From: an uncultured Candidatus Saccharibacteria bacterium
GTDB taxonomy: Bacteria > Patescibacteriota > Doudnabacteria > UBA920
DNA length: 64,000 nucleotides
NCBI GenBank assembly: GCA_964612745.1
Contig: CAZTCH010000006.1
Location: 5,477 to 69,476 of the forward strand
Direction: 5' to 3'
Under the pieces are notes generated by a model. The model was not told the origin of the DNA. It was given only the letters and a program-made list of their open reading frames with translations, and did no database searches. This document shows, piece after piece, positions 53,136 to 62,880 of the stretch. Numbering within the stretch: the stretch's first letter is position 1; every line of letters starts with the position of its first letter. A program made the position numbers and the translations under genes.

Positions 53136-54190
53136 ATTCAACATTCTAGTGCAACACTCCATTAAATATCTGATGGGGTGTTTTCCATCCTAGACGTTTC
53201 CGTGGTCTGTTGTTGAGCTTCTTCTGGATAGCTCTGATGGTATTTACGTGTACTGTAGCAAAGTCTGTTCCTTTGGGTAAGTAGTGACGGATTAAACCAT
53301 TAGTATTTTCATTTGTCCCTCGTTCCCAAGAGTGGTAGGGGTTGGCGAAGTAGACAGCCATACCAGTACTGTCTTCAATATCTTTGTGTCCTGCATTTTC
53401 TTTGCCATTGTCCACAGTCAGTGTATGTCGTTTTGTTCTCGGTATCTGTCCAAGTTGCTTTGTTACTGCGTGTGTTGTTTCTTGTTTACTAACTCGTTTG
53501 AGCTTGCTTACCAATACATATCCACTCTTTCGCTCCACTAAGGTATTGAGTCCTGCCAAACTCTTCTTTGAAACCATTGAATCTCCCTCCCAATCACCGA
53601 ATCTACTCCTGCTTTCTACCACAGAAGGCCTTTCTGATATCCGTTTAATCCCGTGTAATTGCCCCCATTCGCTTGGGTAGGGGGCAATCTTTCTTCTCCG
53701 GTATCGGTGTTTTCGTTTGAGATACATTCGAAGGTCGATACCGTGGCAGTCTCCATATCCTCCGCGGTAATATTGTGCGTAGATGAACTGGTAGATTGCT
53801 TCAGGGCTAATGGAGCATCCGAGGTGTTGAGTAGGGAGTGTTCCTGATATCTGCTCAGGGGAGTAATCAGCTTTTAACTTCTCTACCACATATCTGACAA
53901 TGCGAGGATCTTTCAGTCGTGCTCGTGTTCCTCTTTCTGTGATGGTTTTTGTAGCCCTTTCTTGAGCAAGTCTTGGGGTGTATTTCCAAACCAGCGCTGG
54001 GTAGTTCCGTGTAAGTTCTCGGCTAATACTGGAAGGACTCCGTCCGAGCCCAGCAGCTATGCTCCTGATTGATTTCTTCTCCCAGAGACCTGCTTGTATC
54101 TGTTCTCGCTCTGTAATGCTTAATTGTGCGTATTTCTTCATGGGGTAAGTGTACCTGAGGAGTGTTGCACTTACTTGTTGAACTTAGGCG
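53128..54190. mobile_element. IS30-family insertion sequence with terminal inverted repeats of about 25 bp.
   Basis: The terminal repeats are TTCAACATTCTAGTGCAACACTCC at 53128 and the reverse complement of TTCAACAAGTAAGTGCAACACTCC at about 54165-54190. Together they bracket the transposase gene. Confidence 0.75.
53146..54141 (-). CDS. IS30-family transposase.
   Basis: An N-terminal HTH and a DDE domain with GDWEGDSM, TLTVDNGKENAGH and YFANPYHSWERGTNENTNGLIR. Confidence 0.9.
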   Translation of the reverse strand: MKKYAQLSITEREQIQAGLWEKKSIRSIAAGLGRSPSSISRELTRNYPALVWKYTPRLAQERATKTITERGTRARLKDPRIVRYVVEKLKADYSPEQISGTLPTQHLGCSISPEAIYQFIYAQYYRGGYGDCHGIDLRMYLKRKHRYRRRKIAPYPSEWGQLHGIKRISERPSVVESRSRFGDWEGDSMVSKKSLAGLNTLVERKSGYVLVSKLKRVSKQETTHAVTKQLGQIPRTKRHTLTVDNGKENAGHKDIEDSTGMAVYFANPYHSWERGTNENTNGLIRHYLPKGTDFATVHVNTIRAIQKKLNNRPRKRLGWKTPHQIFNGVLH

Positions 54191-54974
54191 TAACCAGTTT
54201 GACAGGGGAGAGATTTTACAGCATAATAAATATATGGGGATGACGGATTTCGACAGTTCTTTCAGATGTACGTAATATGCAAGACGAGCACGCCTATTGG
54301 TCTCGATAATCCCGTGGGCATCCAACAAATGCAGCAAAAACTGCTTGGTCTAAAGTAGAAGCCGCGTTCAACGCAGCTACTTTGGTACCAGTGTATGCCT
54401 AAACTTTAGGTGTATGCCTAGCACTTGTGACTTCCCGCCACAAGGTTCGCTAGTTCATTAGGGAATATATATTCAGTGGTTGGTTTACCTGCTGAATACG
54501 AACTTTGTAAGCCGACTGTTGTGGCTTGTCGTCAGCTACGATACGCAACAGAACTATTAGCTGACTAATCTTGTGAATAATTGCTACGTCAACAAGTCCT
54601 GGACGGGGGTTTAACTCCCCCCATCTCCACCAAAAAATAATGCGCCTTTAGGCGCTTTTATTTTTTGGTATAGCGGGGAGTTAAAAATAGCTTGCAAGTT
54701 GCCTTGAATGGCAAGTTGCAAGCGTCTGGGCCCGCCGAAGCGTCATTCGAACCGACCATAGGGAGGCGAGAATAGCGTGAGGTGGGGAACTCCCCCCGTC
54801 TCCATTTTTAATGTAACTATGAAGTTTTGGGAAGGTTTTGATATTTTTGCGACCCAGACAAACTTTTTCATAGTGGGTGAGTAACGCGTAAGCCTTGACT
54901 TATCAAGGCTTTTAATGCATAATAAATATCCAGAATAAGCTGGATAGTATTTTTACAACCGCAGGAGGAATAAC

Positions 54975-55481
54975 GTGGAACCGATTGCCAAGCAAATCGC
55001 CGATCGTCGGCTTGAAATTGCTCAGGCTGATGCGCTCTTAATGCAGGCAGTGTTTCTGATTTTTGCCCTGTGTATTGTCAGTTACATTGTTGCAGTTGCA
55101 ACCAACAAACCTGAGCTACATAAGCTCACACTGGTACTTGTTGTAGCCTTACCGTTCTTCGTGGCACGACAAGAGTACATGATCCATCGCCCCGCGGCGT
55201 GGATCAAAACAGTGCAACACATAACCTCGCCGCCGGATGTTTCGACGGCTAACCAAGGTAGTAGTGTCAAGAACTGGGAAGAGAGGAAAGACTCGCTTCT
55301 CAGTACCAAGACACTGTTACCGCTACTCGATATTCTCGCCGGACTTGCGGCTTTGTACGTTCTGTTCTGTTCAAGTACCGTGCTGTGGGCAACGGATCGA
55401 ACATTCGTCGTCTGGTCAATCGTTGGTCTCGTTGTCAGTATTCTCACCTGCATTGCGGGTGCGAAGCTGTCTGGCAAATAA
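54975..55481 (+). CDS. Hypothetical membrane protein (168 aa), in a locally GC-richer segment.
   Basis: An ORF with four TM helices. Confidence 0.55.
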   Translation: MEPIAKQIADRRLEIAQADALLMQAVFLIFALCIVSYIVAVATNKPELHKLTLVLVVALPFFVARQEYMIHRPAAWIKTVQHITSPPDVSTANQGSSVKNWEERKDSLLSTKTLLPLLDILAGLAALYVLFCSSTVLWATDRTFVVWSIVGLVVSILTCIAGAKLSGK

Positions 55482-55498
55482 CATCAGGAGTGTAAACC

Positions 55499-55819
55499 AT
55501 GAATAATACCGTCCCGATTGAGTTTCAGTTTCTCTTGGCTGGCCTGGTCTTAAGCACGGTCGCCATGTTCTGCGCCGGAAAACCCCGCAAACGTCCGGGG
55601 GTTGCAAAGGCCCGTTTCGGTCTTGCTTGCGCAACACTTGGAGCAATGTTCTGTCTGCCCGTCATGAAGGCCCTCTACGACGGTTATCAAACGGGTGATC
55701 AACAGAAACAATTTGCTGCGATTTGGCTGGGTACCCGTGTTGGGTTGATTGTCGTCCTGACGAGCGTTATTGCGACTTGGATCTTGTGGAAGTTCGCATT
55801 CCCACCTAAGCAGGAATAA
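55499..55819 (+). CDS. Hypothetical membrane protein (106 aa).
   Basis: An ORF with three TM helices, 18 nt downstream of the previous gene. Confidence 0.55.
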   Translation: MNNTVPIEFQFLLAGLVLSTVAMFCAGKPRKRPGVAKARFGLACATLGAMFCLPVMKALYDGYQTGDQQKQFAAIWLGTRVGLIVVLTSVIATWILWKFAFPPKQE

Positions 55820-56068
55820 GCCAGTCAGTCCCACGCAGTAAATCCCTCACAGCCGTCTTTCTTTCGATCGACGGCTTTCTTTATTGCATAAGTTCTATCT
55901 GCGTATACACTTGTTTACTTACTTGTGCCAGTAAGGTTTGCCAGGCACCCCGACTTTTTCCACCAAAAAAATAATGCGCCCTTAGGCGCTTTTATTTTTA
56001 TAGATGGCTAATTCGCACGAATAAGCCTCGGTCGAGATTGTTTGGGTTTGTGGGTATATACTATATTC

Positions 56069-56599
56069 ATGAATGACCAGTCACAAAAACCAGTGCAGTG
56101 TACGTTGGCTTTTCCATTTCGTGAAGGAAAGATACTGTTGGGCATGGGCACACGTGGGGTTAACAAAAATCGGTGGAATGGTTTTGGGGGAAAGATGGAT
56201 GCGGAAGATGTGAGTCTTACAGACTGTGCAGTACGTGAGTTGGGAGAAGAAGTTGGGCTTACTGCAGACGAGAAAGATTTGCGGTATCATGGCTCCGTCA
56301 CTTTCCACTGGGGCATAGACGTCCCTGGGTTGGGCGTGCAATCTGCAAAGTCAGTGCAGGTGCACATGTTCACGCTGGAGCAGTGGCAGGGTGATCCTGT
56401 TGAAACAGAATCCACTACAACACCAACATGGTTTCCAACTACTGGGTTGCCCTATGCGGACATGGCTCCAGACAATCCGCATTGGTTACCGCTGTTGCTT
56501 GAACGGAAATATTTTGTTGGTGATATTTGGTATTCGACTAGTGGTGGAATAGATAAAGTATTGGTCAGAGAACTCAGCACTCCGCCAGTTTTGGCATAA
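56069..56599 (+). CDS. NUDIX hydrolase (MutT-like).
   Basis: Nudix box GGKMDAEDVSLTDCAVRELGEEVGL. Confidence 0.8.
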   Translation: MNDQSQKPVQCTLAFPFREGKILLGMGTRGVNKNRWNGFGGKMDAEDVSLTDCAVRELGEEVGLTADEKDLRYHGSVTFHWGIDVPGLGVQSAKSVQVHMFTLEQWQGDPVETESTTTPTWFPTTGLPYADMAPDNPHWLPLLLERKYFVGDIWYSTSGGIDKVLVRELSTPPVLA

Positions 56600-56728
56600 T
56601 TTTATTTGTTTTTGTATTACAACGGCTAATTCGTGCGAATAAGCCGTTGTAATTTTTTTTGGTTGGGGGAGCCGTGTGCTTGGGAAAAAGAAATACTGAC
56701 TGTTGGTGAGGGCAACAGTCAGTATGTG

Positions 56729-56992
56729 TTATGCGTGTGCTACAGCGCGCCTTAAGAGCTTTCTCGCTTCGGCTACACCTGCCTTGGTCAAACCATACTT
56801 TGGGTGCAGTGGTTTGGTATCTTTCGGTGGAGCACATGGAATGATTAGCTGTTTTGTGCAAAGTTCTTCAAGCCAAGGCCGGGTAATGTATTTTGCAATT
56901 TGCCCATCTGAAGCATCCACTATTTCGAATGCTCTAAGAGAGGTTCTGCTTTTGTAGAGCACAAGTAGTGCTGCGTTGGACGTGGCTAGCAT
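56729..56992 (-). CDS. Hypothetical protein (87 aa).
   Basis: ORF only. An alternative overlapping ORF at 56574-56861 looks less protein-like. Confidence 0.35.
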   Translation of the reverse strand: MLATSNAALLVLYKSRTSLRAFEIVDASDGQIAKYITRPWLEELCTKQLIIPCAPPKDTKPLHPKYGLTKAGVAEARKLLRRAVAHA

Positions 56993-57061
56993 GGCAGTTT
57001 CCTCCTTTTTGAAAGTGCCTTTTTGAGTGCGTTTGGGTATGAAAAAACCAGCAGTGCTGGT

Positions 57062-57604
57062 TTAGTTTTTGGAATATTTAGGAAATATATTTTCCGCTTG
57101 GTTTGGAATAGCTTTTTGGAAAGTGCCAAAGATTCTATCCATTCCCATAAATACAATGCCATAGTTTGCACGAGCAAAATGGTGTACGTCGTGGTATGTA
57201 ACGAGTCGCCCAAACCATTTGTACTGTTGTAGTTTGCTATGCGGTATGTGGAATTGCATATGCATTAAACTTACCACATATTTTGCGTAGAGAATAGCGC
57301 CGACTGCAACACTTGTCCCCGCTGCCCAACTAATGGTATTGCTCGCCATGAGCAAAAGCAAAATAGTCAGGATAACTGCGCCAATCACGTGCCAGAGTGG
57401 GTCCGCAGCGCTTTTGTACGTCGTGCCGGGGAGTGGGCGCAGGTTTGCGGCGGGGTAGTCTTGCAAGTGGTGCTGCACATGTGGTTTGCGCAGCTTGCTC
57501 CCAAAGATGCCATGGTGGAACACCAACCGGTGCACCCAGTAGCCTATGAATTCTACAAATGGAATGGCTAACAAAAACCAAAGGACAATGCGCAGTAGCT
57601 GCAT
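57062..57604 (-). CDS. Fatty-acid-hydroxylase-superfamily membrane protein (sterol desaturase/carotene hydroxylase-like His boxes).
   Basis: His boxes HRLVFHH, HVQHH and HDVHH, within TM helices. Confidence 0.75.
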   Translation of the reverse strand: MQLLRIVLWFLLAIPFVEFIGYWVHRLVFHHGIFGSKLRKPHVQHHLQDYPAANLRPLPGTTYKSAADPLWHVIGAVILTILLLLMASNTISWAAGTSVAVGAILYAKYVVSLMHMQFHIPHSKLQQYKWFGRLVTYHDVHHFARANYGIVFMGMDRIFGTFQKAIPNQAENIFPKYSKN

Positions 57605-57672
57605 AAGTAGGCGAGGAGTAATAAATCTTTACTTAATAGTAACGTTAGTGGTACACTTGTGCAAGAAGTGGC

Positions 57673-58188
57673 ATGCGCCATTTTTTGTTCGTTATTATGC
57701 TGTTTTTGCGTTTTAGTGTGGGAGGCACAAAAACTCAGAGTATGTATACAATTAAACGAAAAAACGACAATAGGAATTTTATTGTTAGCGCACGTTTACA
57801 CACAGGTGAAGCTGTAGATGCATTTAGTTATGATGACATGGTGGGACTTGTCAGGGGTGTTTTCAGTGGTACCGATTTGAGCCCTACAACGGTCGCATAT
57901 GCTTTGTCTCTATCAGACTTCGAGCTTTTTAGAGATGGCACTAAAGTGGAGTGTGGTGCTCTTAGCGCAGACTCCGGTGTGCTTGATAGCTGGGCGCCAA
58001 ACAATTTTGTTAGCCTTGTTAATTTTTCGCCAGCTCTTAAGGCTGTTCTTACTCATCAAAAGTTTCGAACTCTTATCGACTTCAGAGGTGTTAGTCGAAT
58101 AGAGTTGATGCAGAATTATGGACTAAATCAAGATCAGTGTGATGAACTTGAAATTCGATTGGCTTTATATCGAATGCAGCTAAAGTAG
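57673..58188 (+). CDS. Hypothetical protein (171 aa).
   Basis: ORF only, with an alternative start at 57739. The C-terminal segment is a possible helix-hairpin-helix-like region. Confidence 0.45.
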   Translation: MRHFLFVIMLFLRFSVGGTKTQSMYTIKRKNDNRNFIVSARLHTGEAVDAFSYDDMVGLVRGVFSGTDLSPTTVAYALSLSDFELFRDGTKVECGALSADSGVLDSWAPNNFVSLVNFSPALKAVLTHQKFRTLIDFRGVSRIELMQNYGLNQDQCDELEIRLALYRMQLK

Positions 58189-58397
58189 GGCTGAAAAAAA
58201 GCGCAAAGGAGGAAAACATATCGATTAGCGCAAGCACAGAAGGCAGCCAGCAAGGGAAACTGGCTGCCTTTTTCATTTGCCTATTTTTGTAGTTTTGGGT
58301 ATGCTGTGACTAACTTTAACGGGGGAATACATATGCGCACTGGCGCCTTTTTGTTTCTCTATAGAATTTAGAAGCATCAAAAAAGTGGAGGTTTTCG

Positions 58398-58892
58398 ATG
58401 CAATTATTGTTTGCTCTTTTAACCCTTTTGGGTTACTGTCTCGTGGCTTTTTTCCTGTTTGTGCTTACTCTAATTCAGTCATTGTTTTGGCAGATTAAAG
58501 TTGCTGCAGCATGCTTTCTTTCAATTGTTGGCGTGATGACGCTTGTGCGCGAGAACATTCTTCTGGATGTTCTTTGCCCCTTGCGTCCCAAAACGGTTGA
58601 AGATGTTGCTTGTGAGTACGCACGAAAATCAAATAACTTCGAGTGGCGAGTGTCGCATCTTTTGGTGTGGCGCAAGCTTGAGCAACTAAGAGCTCGCGGT
58701 TTGGTAGAGTCCGAGTATAGCCTTGTTCTTATCCGAGTTGGCAATTCATTTGTTTGTTTTGCTGCTCAAACATATAGACTCAAAGCTGCACCATCACATA
58801 AAGGCGCTCCAGAGAGCGCTACCGACTCAGTGAGTTTACTTTCCCAGCCCCAGACAGCGATGTCTCGGGGCTTTTTCTATGCACGTTTATAG
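58398..58892 (+). CDS. Hypothetical protein with an N-terminal TM region and a possible BlaI/CopY-like winged-helix segment.
   Basis: ...EDVACEYARKSNNFEWRVSHLLVWRKLEQLRARGLVESE resembles penicillinase-repressor-type winged HTH. The match is weak. Confidence 0.45.
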   Translation: MQLLFALLTLLGYCLVAFFLFVLTLIQSLFWQIKVAAACFLSIVGVMTLVRENILLDVLCPLRPKTVEDVACEYARKSNNFEWRVSHLLVWRKLEQLRARGLVESEYSLVLIRVGNSFVCFAAQTYRLKAAPSHKGAPESATDSVSLLSQPQTAMSRGFFYARL

Positions 58893-59504
58893 CGCCTCAA
58901 AAAAGTCTTGTGCAAAAGTAATAGACGGAAGACCTTCGGGGAACGCCTCTTTAGCCCCTAGTATGAGCGATACAAGTTCTGAGCTTGTAAAGCCAGAAAA
59001 ATCCAGCTCTGCTGCAAGTTTTGTTAGCTCTGTGCGTGTTCGCTCTTCTGTTTCGCTTGCTGCTAAAAAATCTGTGGCGATATCTGTGCGTTGCTCCGGA
59101 CGGTACTTTGCAATGGGCGTCTCCAGGTCTTCTAATCGTATTCGGTTGTCTGCTTTTGGTGTCAGCTCAAGGCGAATGGTTTTGATGATGTGAAAGAGTT
59201 GTTCGTTTAGTTTTTGTATATCTGCTTGTATTTCAGGACGGTCAAATTTTGTTTTAGAAATAATGGGCGCGGTTCTCATCCGCTTTAAATACCTTGTGTC
59301 TGCTGGCAAGGTAGCGTTGCCGGTAAGGTTTTGTCGAATTTTTTCAAAACTAGTTATTAATTCATCTGCATGTTTATAGCCGCAGTAGTTTTTGAGCAGT
59401 TCTTGTAGTTGGTAGGCGAGCGGCTCTTCTTCTCTGTGTTCGGGACTTTGCGCCAGTGCTTTTTGGATTTCTTGTGGTAGGTGCTCGCTTGTGGTTTCTG
59501 ACAT
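58887..59504 (-). CDS. Hypothetical acidic protein (205 aa).
   Basis: ORF only. Confidence 0.5.
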   Translation of the reverse strand: MSETTSEHLPQEIQKALAQSPEHREEEPLAYQLQELLKNYCGYKHADELITSFEKIRQNLTGNATLPADTRYLKRMRTAPIISKTKFDRPEIQADIQKLNEQLFHIIKTIRLELTPKADNRIRLEDLETPIAKYRPEQRTDIATDFLAASETEERTRTELTKLAAELDFSGFTSSELVSLILGAKEAFPEGLPSITFAQDFFEAL

Positions 59505-59698
59505 TGCTTTTGGTGCTTATTGTATATTTTAGTGTACCACACCCTTTTTCCTAATTTGGCGTGGGTGCGGTGATATGTATACATCTCTTAACTATGCCCA
59601 AATGGCTAATTCGTGCGAATAAGCCTATAGAGAGTGGGGGGGTGAAATAAAACGGGGAAAAGAGTGTACTATATAGTAAGGACAGGTAAGAGGAACTT

Positions 59699-60265
59699 AT
59701 GGAAGCACTTTCAGACGAAGAAATAGCACTGCGGGTACAGCACAACGACGTGGAGGCGTTTGGGCAGCTTTTGCTTCGCTATGAAACAAAAATGTTGCGC
59801 TATGCTAGCAAGTTCTTGATTAACGGAGAAGACGCGGCGGATATAGTCCAGACTGTGTTTTTGAAGGCATATACGAACATTCAGAGCTTTGATGCAGGGC
59901 GTAAGTTTTCTTCGTGGTTGTACCGAATTGCCCACAATGAATTTGTGAATGTCGTAGCGAAACGAAGTCGGCAGCCTTTTAGCTTCCTGAGTTTAGACGA
60001 AGTGTTACCGCATCCATTTGCCAGCGAAAAGACAGATGCAGAAGTAGATAGGCGAGAGCTTACAGAAAGCATGGAAGCAGTCTTGTCCAAGCTCGATGCA
60101 AAGTATCGTGAAGTGCTCATTTTATACTATTACCAAGAACTGAGTTACACAGAAATTGCAGATATTTTACACATTCCTGTATCTACCGTTGGGGTTCGGT
60201 TGACCCGAGCCAAGAAAGCGATTACCAAATTATATTTAGCAGAATCACATGCCCGAACAAGTTAA
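59699..60265 (+). CDS. ECF-type RNA polymerase sigma-70 factor.
   Basis: Region 2 (DIVQTVFLKAYTNIQSFDAGRKFSSWLYRIAHNEFVN) and region 4 (LSYTEIADILHIPVSTVGVRLTRAKKAI). Confidence 0.9.
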   Translation: MEALSDEEIALRVQHNDVEAFGQLLLRYETKMLRYASKFLINGEDAADIVQTVFLKAYTNIQSFDAGRKFSSWLYRIAHNEFVNVVAKRSRQPFSFLSLDEVLPHPFASEKTDAEVDRRELTESMEAVLSKLDAKYREVLILYYYQELSYTEIADILHIPVSTVGVRLTRAKKAITKLYLAESHARTS

Positions 60266-60986
60266 CAACACAATTACCAATTCTGTGATGGAGCAAATTA
60301 CAGAAAAAAAGATTCCGCAAACCACGCGGGGGTATTTTCTGTTGCGCAAGGTTGTTGCTATTGTCGGGCTTTCCGTAAGTTTGCTGGTGCTGGTTTTTTG
60401 TATCAGCTTGGTAGTGTTTCGCTTAAAAGTTTCGGGGGCATGGTTTTTGTTTATTGATGGTAGAGAAAGGTTTTTGATTGGTCTGGGCATGGTGCCGTGG
60501 TTGCTTGTGGTGAGTATTGTTTTAGTAGCATTGTGTGCAGAACTAATCTTGCGCCGGTTTGGGTTTGGGTATCGTCGTCCAGTGTTGTACACTGGCGCAG
60601 CACTGCTTGTTGTTGTAATGGGAGTTGGATATGTGGTGACACAAACTCCATTACACAGGTCAATGTATAACAAGGTGAATGGACCGGTACCTGCTCCATG
60701 GTTTGGGACACTCTACCCTAAAGCGCACATGATTGCGCCAAAGTATGTATTTTTAGGCTTGGTGCACGACTTAGATGCGGATGGTTTCTTTTTGAGAACT
60801 CGAGGAGCAGCTGATGTGCGGGTGGTTGTTACTGCAGACACACAGTTGCCAGTGGAGCGGCCTGTAGGAGAAGAAGATTTTGTGCTCGTTGTTGGGAGCC
60901 AGGAAAACACGGTTGTGGTAGCCCGTGGTATTCGTTTTGTACCAGACGAGTTACGTGGAGCAGGTAGGCTATTGCAGCGTCGGTAA
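60249..60986 (+). CDS. Putative membrane-bound anti-sigma factor. It overlaps the ECF sigma gene by 17 nt.
   Basis: Its position immediately downstream of an ECF sigma, with a cytoplasmic N-terminus, TM helices and an extracytoplasmic C-terminus. Confidence 0.55.
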   Translation: MPEQVNNTITNSVMEQITEKKIPQTTRGYFLLRKVVAIVGLSVSLLVLVFCISLVVFRLKVSGAWFLFIDGRERFLIGLGMVPWLLVVSIVLVALCAELILRRFGFGYRRPVLYTGAALLVVVMGVGYVVTQTPLHRSMYNKVNGPVPAPWFGTLYPKAHMIAPKYVFLGLVHDLDADGFFLRTRGAADVRVVVTADTQLPVERPVGEEDFVLVVGSQENTVVVARGIRFVPDELRGAGRLLQRR

Positions 60987-61045
60987 TTGTGTGAAATAAA
61001 AGAAATGGACCGAGTAGCGGAAAAGCTACTCGGTCCATTTGAAGT

Positions 61046-61642
61046 TTAGGCTTGGCGTTTGCCCATTGGTGTGAATGTTCGCACAAAGTGCTTATGTCGG
61101 TTTCGCGTGGAAAGTGAATACCCCCACGTCGCGATTTTGAAAATTGGCCTGCAAATGCACCAGCGCCAGATGGTGGCAGTGCATTGATACAAGAATTTTT
61201 CTTGCCAACTTACAGCGGGTACATTTTGTACTGCAGTGGAGGTTACTCGAATACACTGAGCGAGTTCGGGGAATTCATACTGCAGTACACGCTTGTACAG
61301 CCAGAGCTGGTGCGCTTCTACTTCTGGGTTGTAGCACACGAGTACGAGCTGGTGTTCACCATGTTTGTTGGCGAACCATGCAAACGTTGCGCGCGCGTCG
61401 GTCAGTGCATCATGAGAAGGCGTTTTGAGTTTTTCTACTACTAACCCACTAGATATAGCAAAAGCGTACATGGCGTCGCCTAAGGTTGTGTCACCATTGC
61501 GCGCTTGTTCGTTATGAACGAGTACTACGTCGGCTGAGGTAACGAGATTGTGTGTTGCCTGAACACAGGCTTTACTGAAAGCGCTGAGTTCTGGGGTGAT
61601 TGCTGAGGCAAACCCTTCGGCAATGATTATGTGTATTTGCAT
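61046..61642 (-). CDS. Hypothetical protein (198 aa; possibly DUF218/YdcF-like).
   Basis: ORF. The family guess is weak. Confidence 0.45.
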   Translation of the reverse strand: MQIHIIIAEGFASAITPELSAFSKACVQATHNLVTSADVVLVHNEQARNGDTTLGDAMYAFAISSGLVVEKLKTPSHDALTDARATFAWFANKHGEHQLVLVCYNPEVEAHQLWLYKRVLQYEFPELAQCIRVTSTAVQNVPAVSWQEKFLYQCTATIWRWCICRPIFKIATWGYSLSTRNRHKHFVRTFTPMGKRQA

Positions 61643-61887
61643 ACTAGCTATATGAGTGGTGACGTCTATGTCTCGTTACCACACAATACATTCTTTGCTT
61701 TTCACAGTCAATTATACGCTATGCTTAAAAACACCGTTTCTTTTGTCCTTAGATTAAGCGAGAAAATACATGTATCACTGTGAAATAATGCGTAGATACC
61801 TGTTGTAGTAGTTAGTGCTAGCAACAAGACCGCTGGGGCTGAATAGTCTGAGCGGCACATACGTAATTAATAGAACAAGAAATATCT

Positions 61888-62400
61888 ATGAAATTAAACA
61901 AAAAATTAGCTTACGGTGGTGCAACTGCGGCTCTCGCAGTTGCGCTCCTTGCGGGTGGTGGAGCGGTGGCTGTACAGGCTGCAGCCAATACAACAGCTAC
62001 TGGTCCTTCTACACTCATTACGAAACTCGCTCAAAAGTTTGGCCTGAAAGAGGCAGATGTGAAAGCGGTGTTCGATGAAGAGCATGCTGTGCATATGCAA
62101 GAGATGCAATCGAAAGCGCAAGCTCGGCTCAGCCAACTGGTAACAGATGGTAAAATTACCGAAGCACAAAAGCAACTCATCGTAACTAAAATGTCCGAAC
62201 TTGCGGCGGCTCGAGCCCAAGAGATGGGCACACTCAAAGATAAAACTATGGCAGAGCGCAAAGCACTCATGGATCAAAAACGGACCGAGCTTGAAGCATG
62301 GGCGAAAGCAAATGGGATAGATGTGCAATACCTTATGCCATTTGGCGAAGGTCGTGGACATGGTGGGCTCGGCATGGGAATGATGCGTGGCGGTAAGTAG
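61888..62400 (+). CDS. Periplasmic Spy/CpxP/ZraP-like protein (signal peptide, LTxxQ-type motifs, Gly/Met-rich tail).
   Basis: A signal peptide, ITEAQKQ and GRGHGGLGMGMMRGGK. Confidence 0.55.
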   Translation: MKLNKKLAYGGATAALAVALLAGGGAVAVQAAANTTATGPSTLITKLAQKFGLKEADVKAVFDEEHAVHMQEMQSKAQARLSQLVTDGKITEAQKQLIVTKMSELAAARAQEMGTLKDKTMAERKALMDQKRTELEAWAKANGIDVQYLMPFGEGRGHGGLGMGMMRGGK

Positions 62401-62453
62401 TGCTTTTACAGCACCAGTATTCACACTGAGTATATACAAAACACTTTTGCGTT

Positions 62454-62870
62454 ATGAGAGCAGAAGTGTTTTTGTTTGTGTGGTACACTGAAAGTACAAG
62501 AGTAATACATATACGCATGCGTTTTGCTTTTTTTGCTACGTGTTTGCTGGTGGGAGTATTTTTTGCCACCTCTAATTCCGTGATGAGTCTTGGCGCGCGT
62601 CTTGCAGAACAAGTGTTCCGCCCTGCGTATTTTTGTATAGAAAAGAACTGGGGCGAGCCGAATTGTATTTCTCGGGAAAGTGCGTTTCATTTGGGGCAGG
62701 GGAATGTATACGAACGCATATATGGCGTCGCTGGGCACAAGTTGCCTGTATTGGTCTATGCTGGTTTACAAATCTTTGGTGTCGCCTTGGTGGTATATGG
62801 GAGCCTTGGCATGGTAAATATTTTTCTTGAGTGGCGTCGGGGTAGGAAAAATCTTTATTGGTACTTATAA
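62454..62870 (+). CDS. Hypothetical membrane protein (138 aa).
   Basis: An ORF with TM helices. Confidence 0.45.
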   Translation: MRAEVFLFVWYTESTRVIHIRMRFAFFATCLLVGVFFATSNSVMSLGARLAEQVFRPAYFCIEKNWGEPNCISRESAFHLGQGNVYERIYGVAGHKLPVLVYAGLQIFGVALVVYGSLGMVNIFLEWRRGRKNLYWYL

Positions 62871-62880
62871 CAGTGTGATT

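Noticed and set aside
56574-56861. 95-aa minus-strand ORF.
   Set aside because: A Cys/His/Thr-rich low-complexity translation overlapping the more protein-like ORF at 56729-56992. It is likely non-coding.
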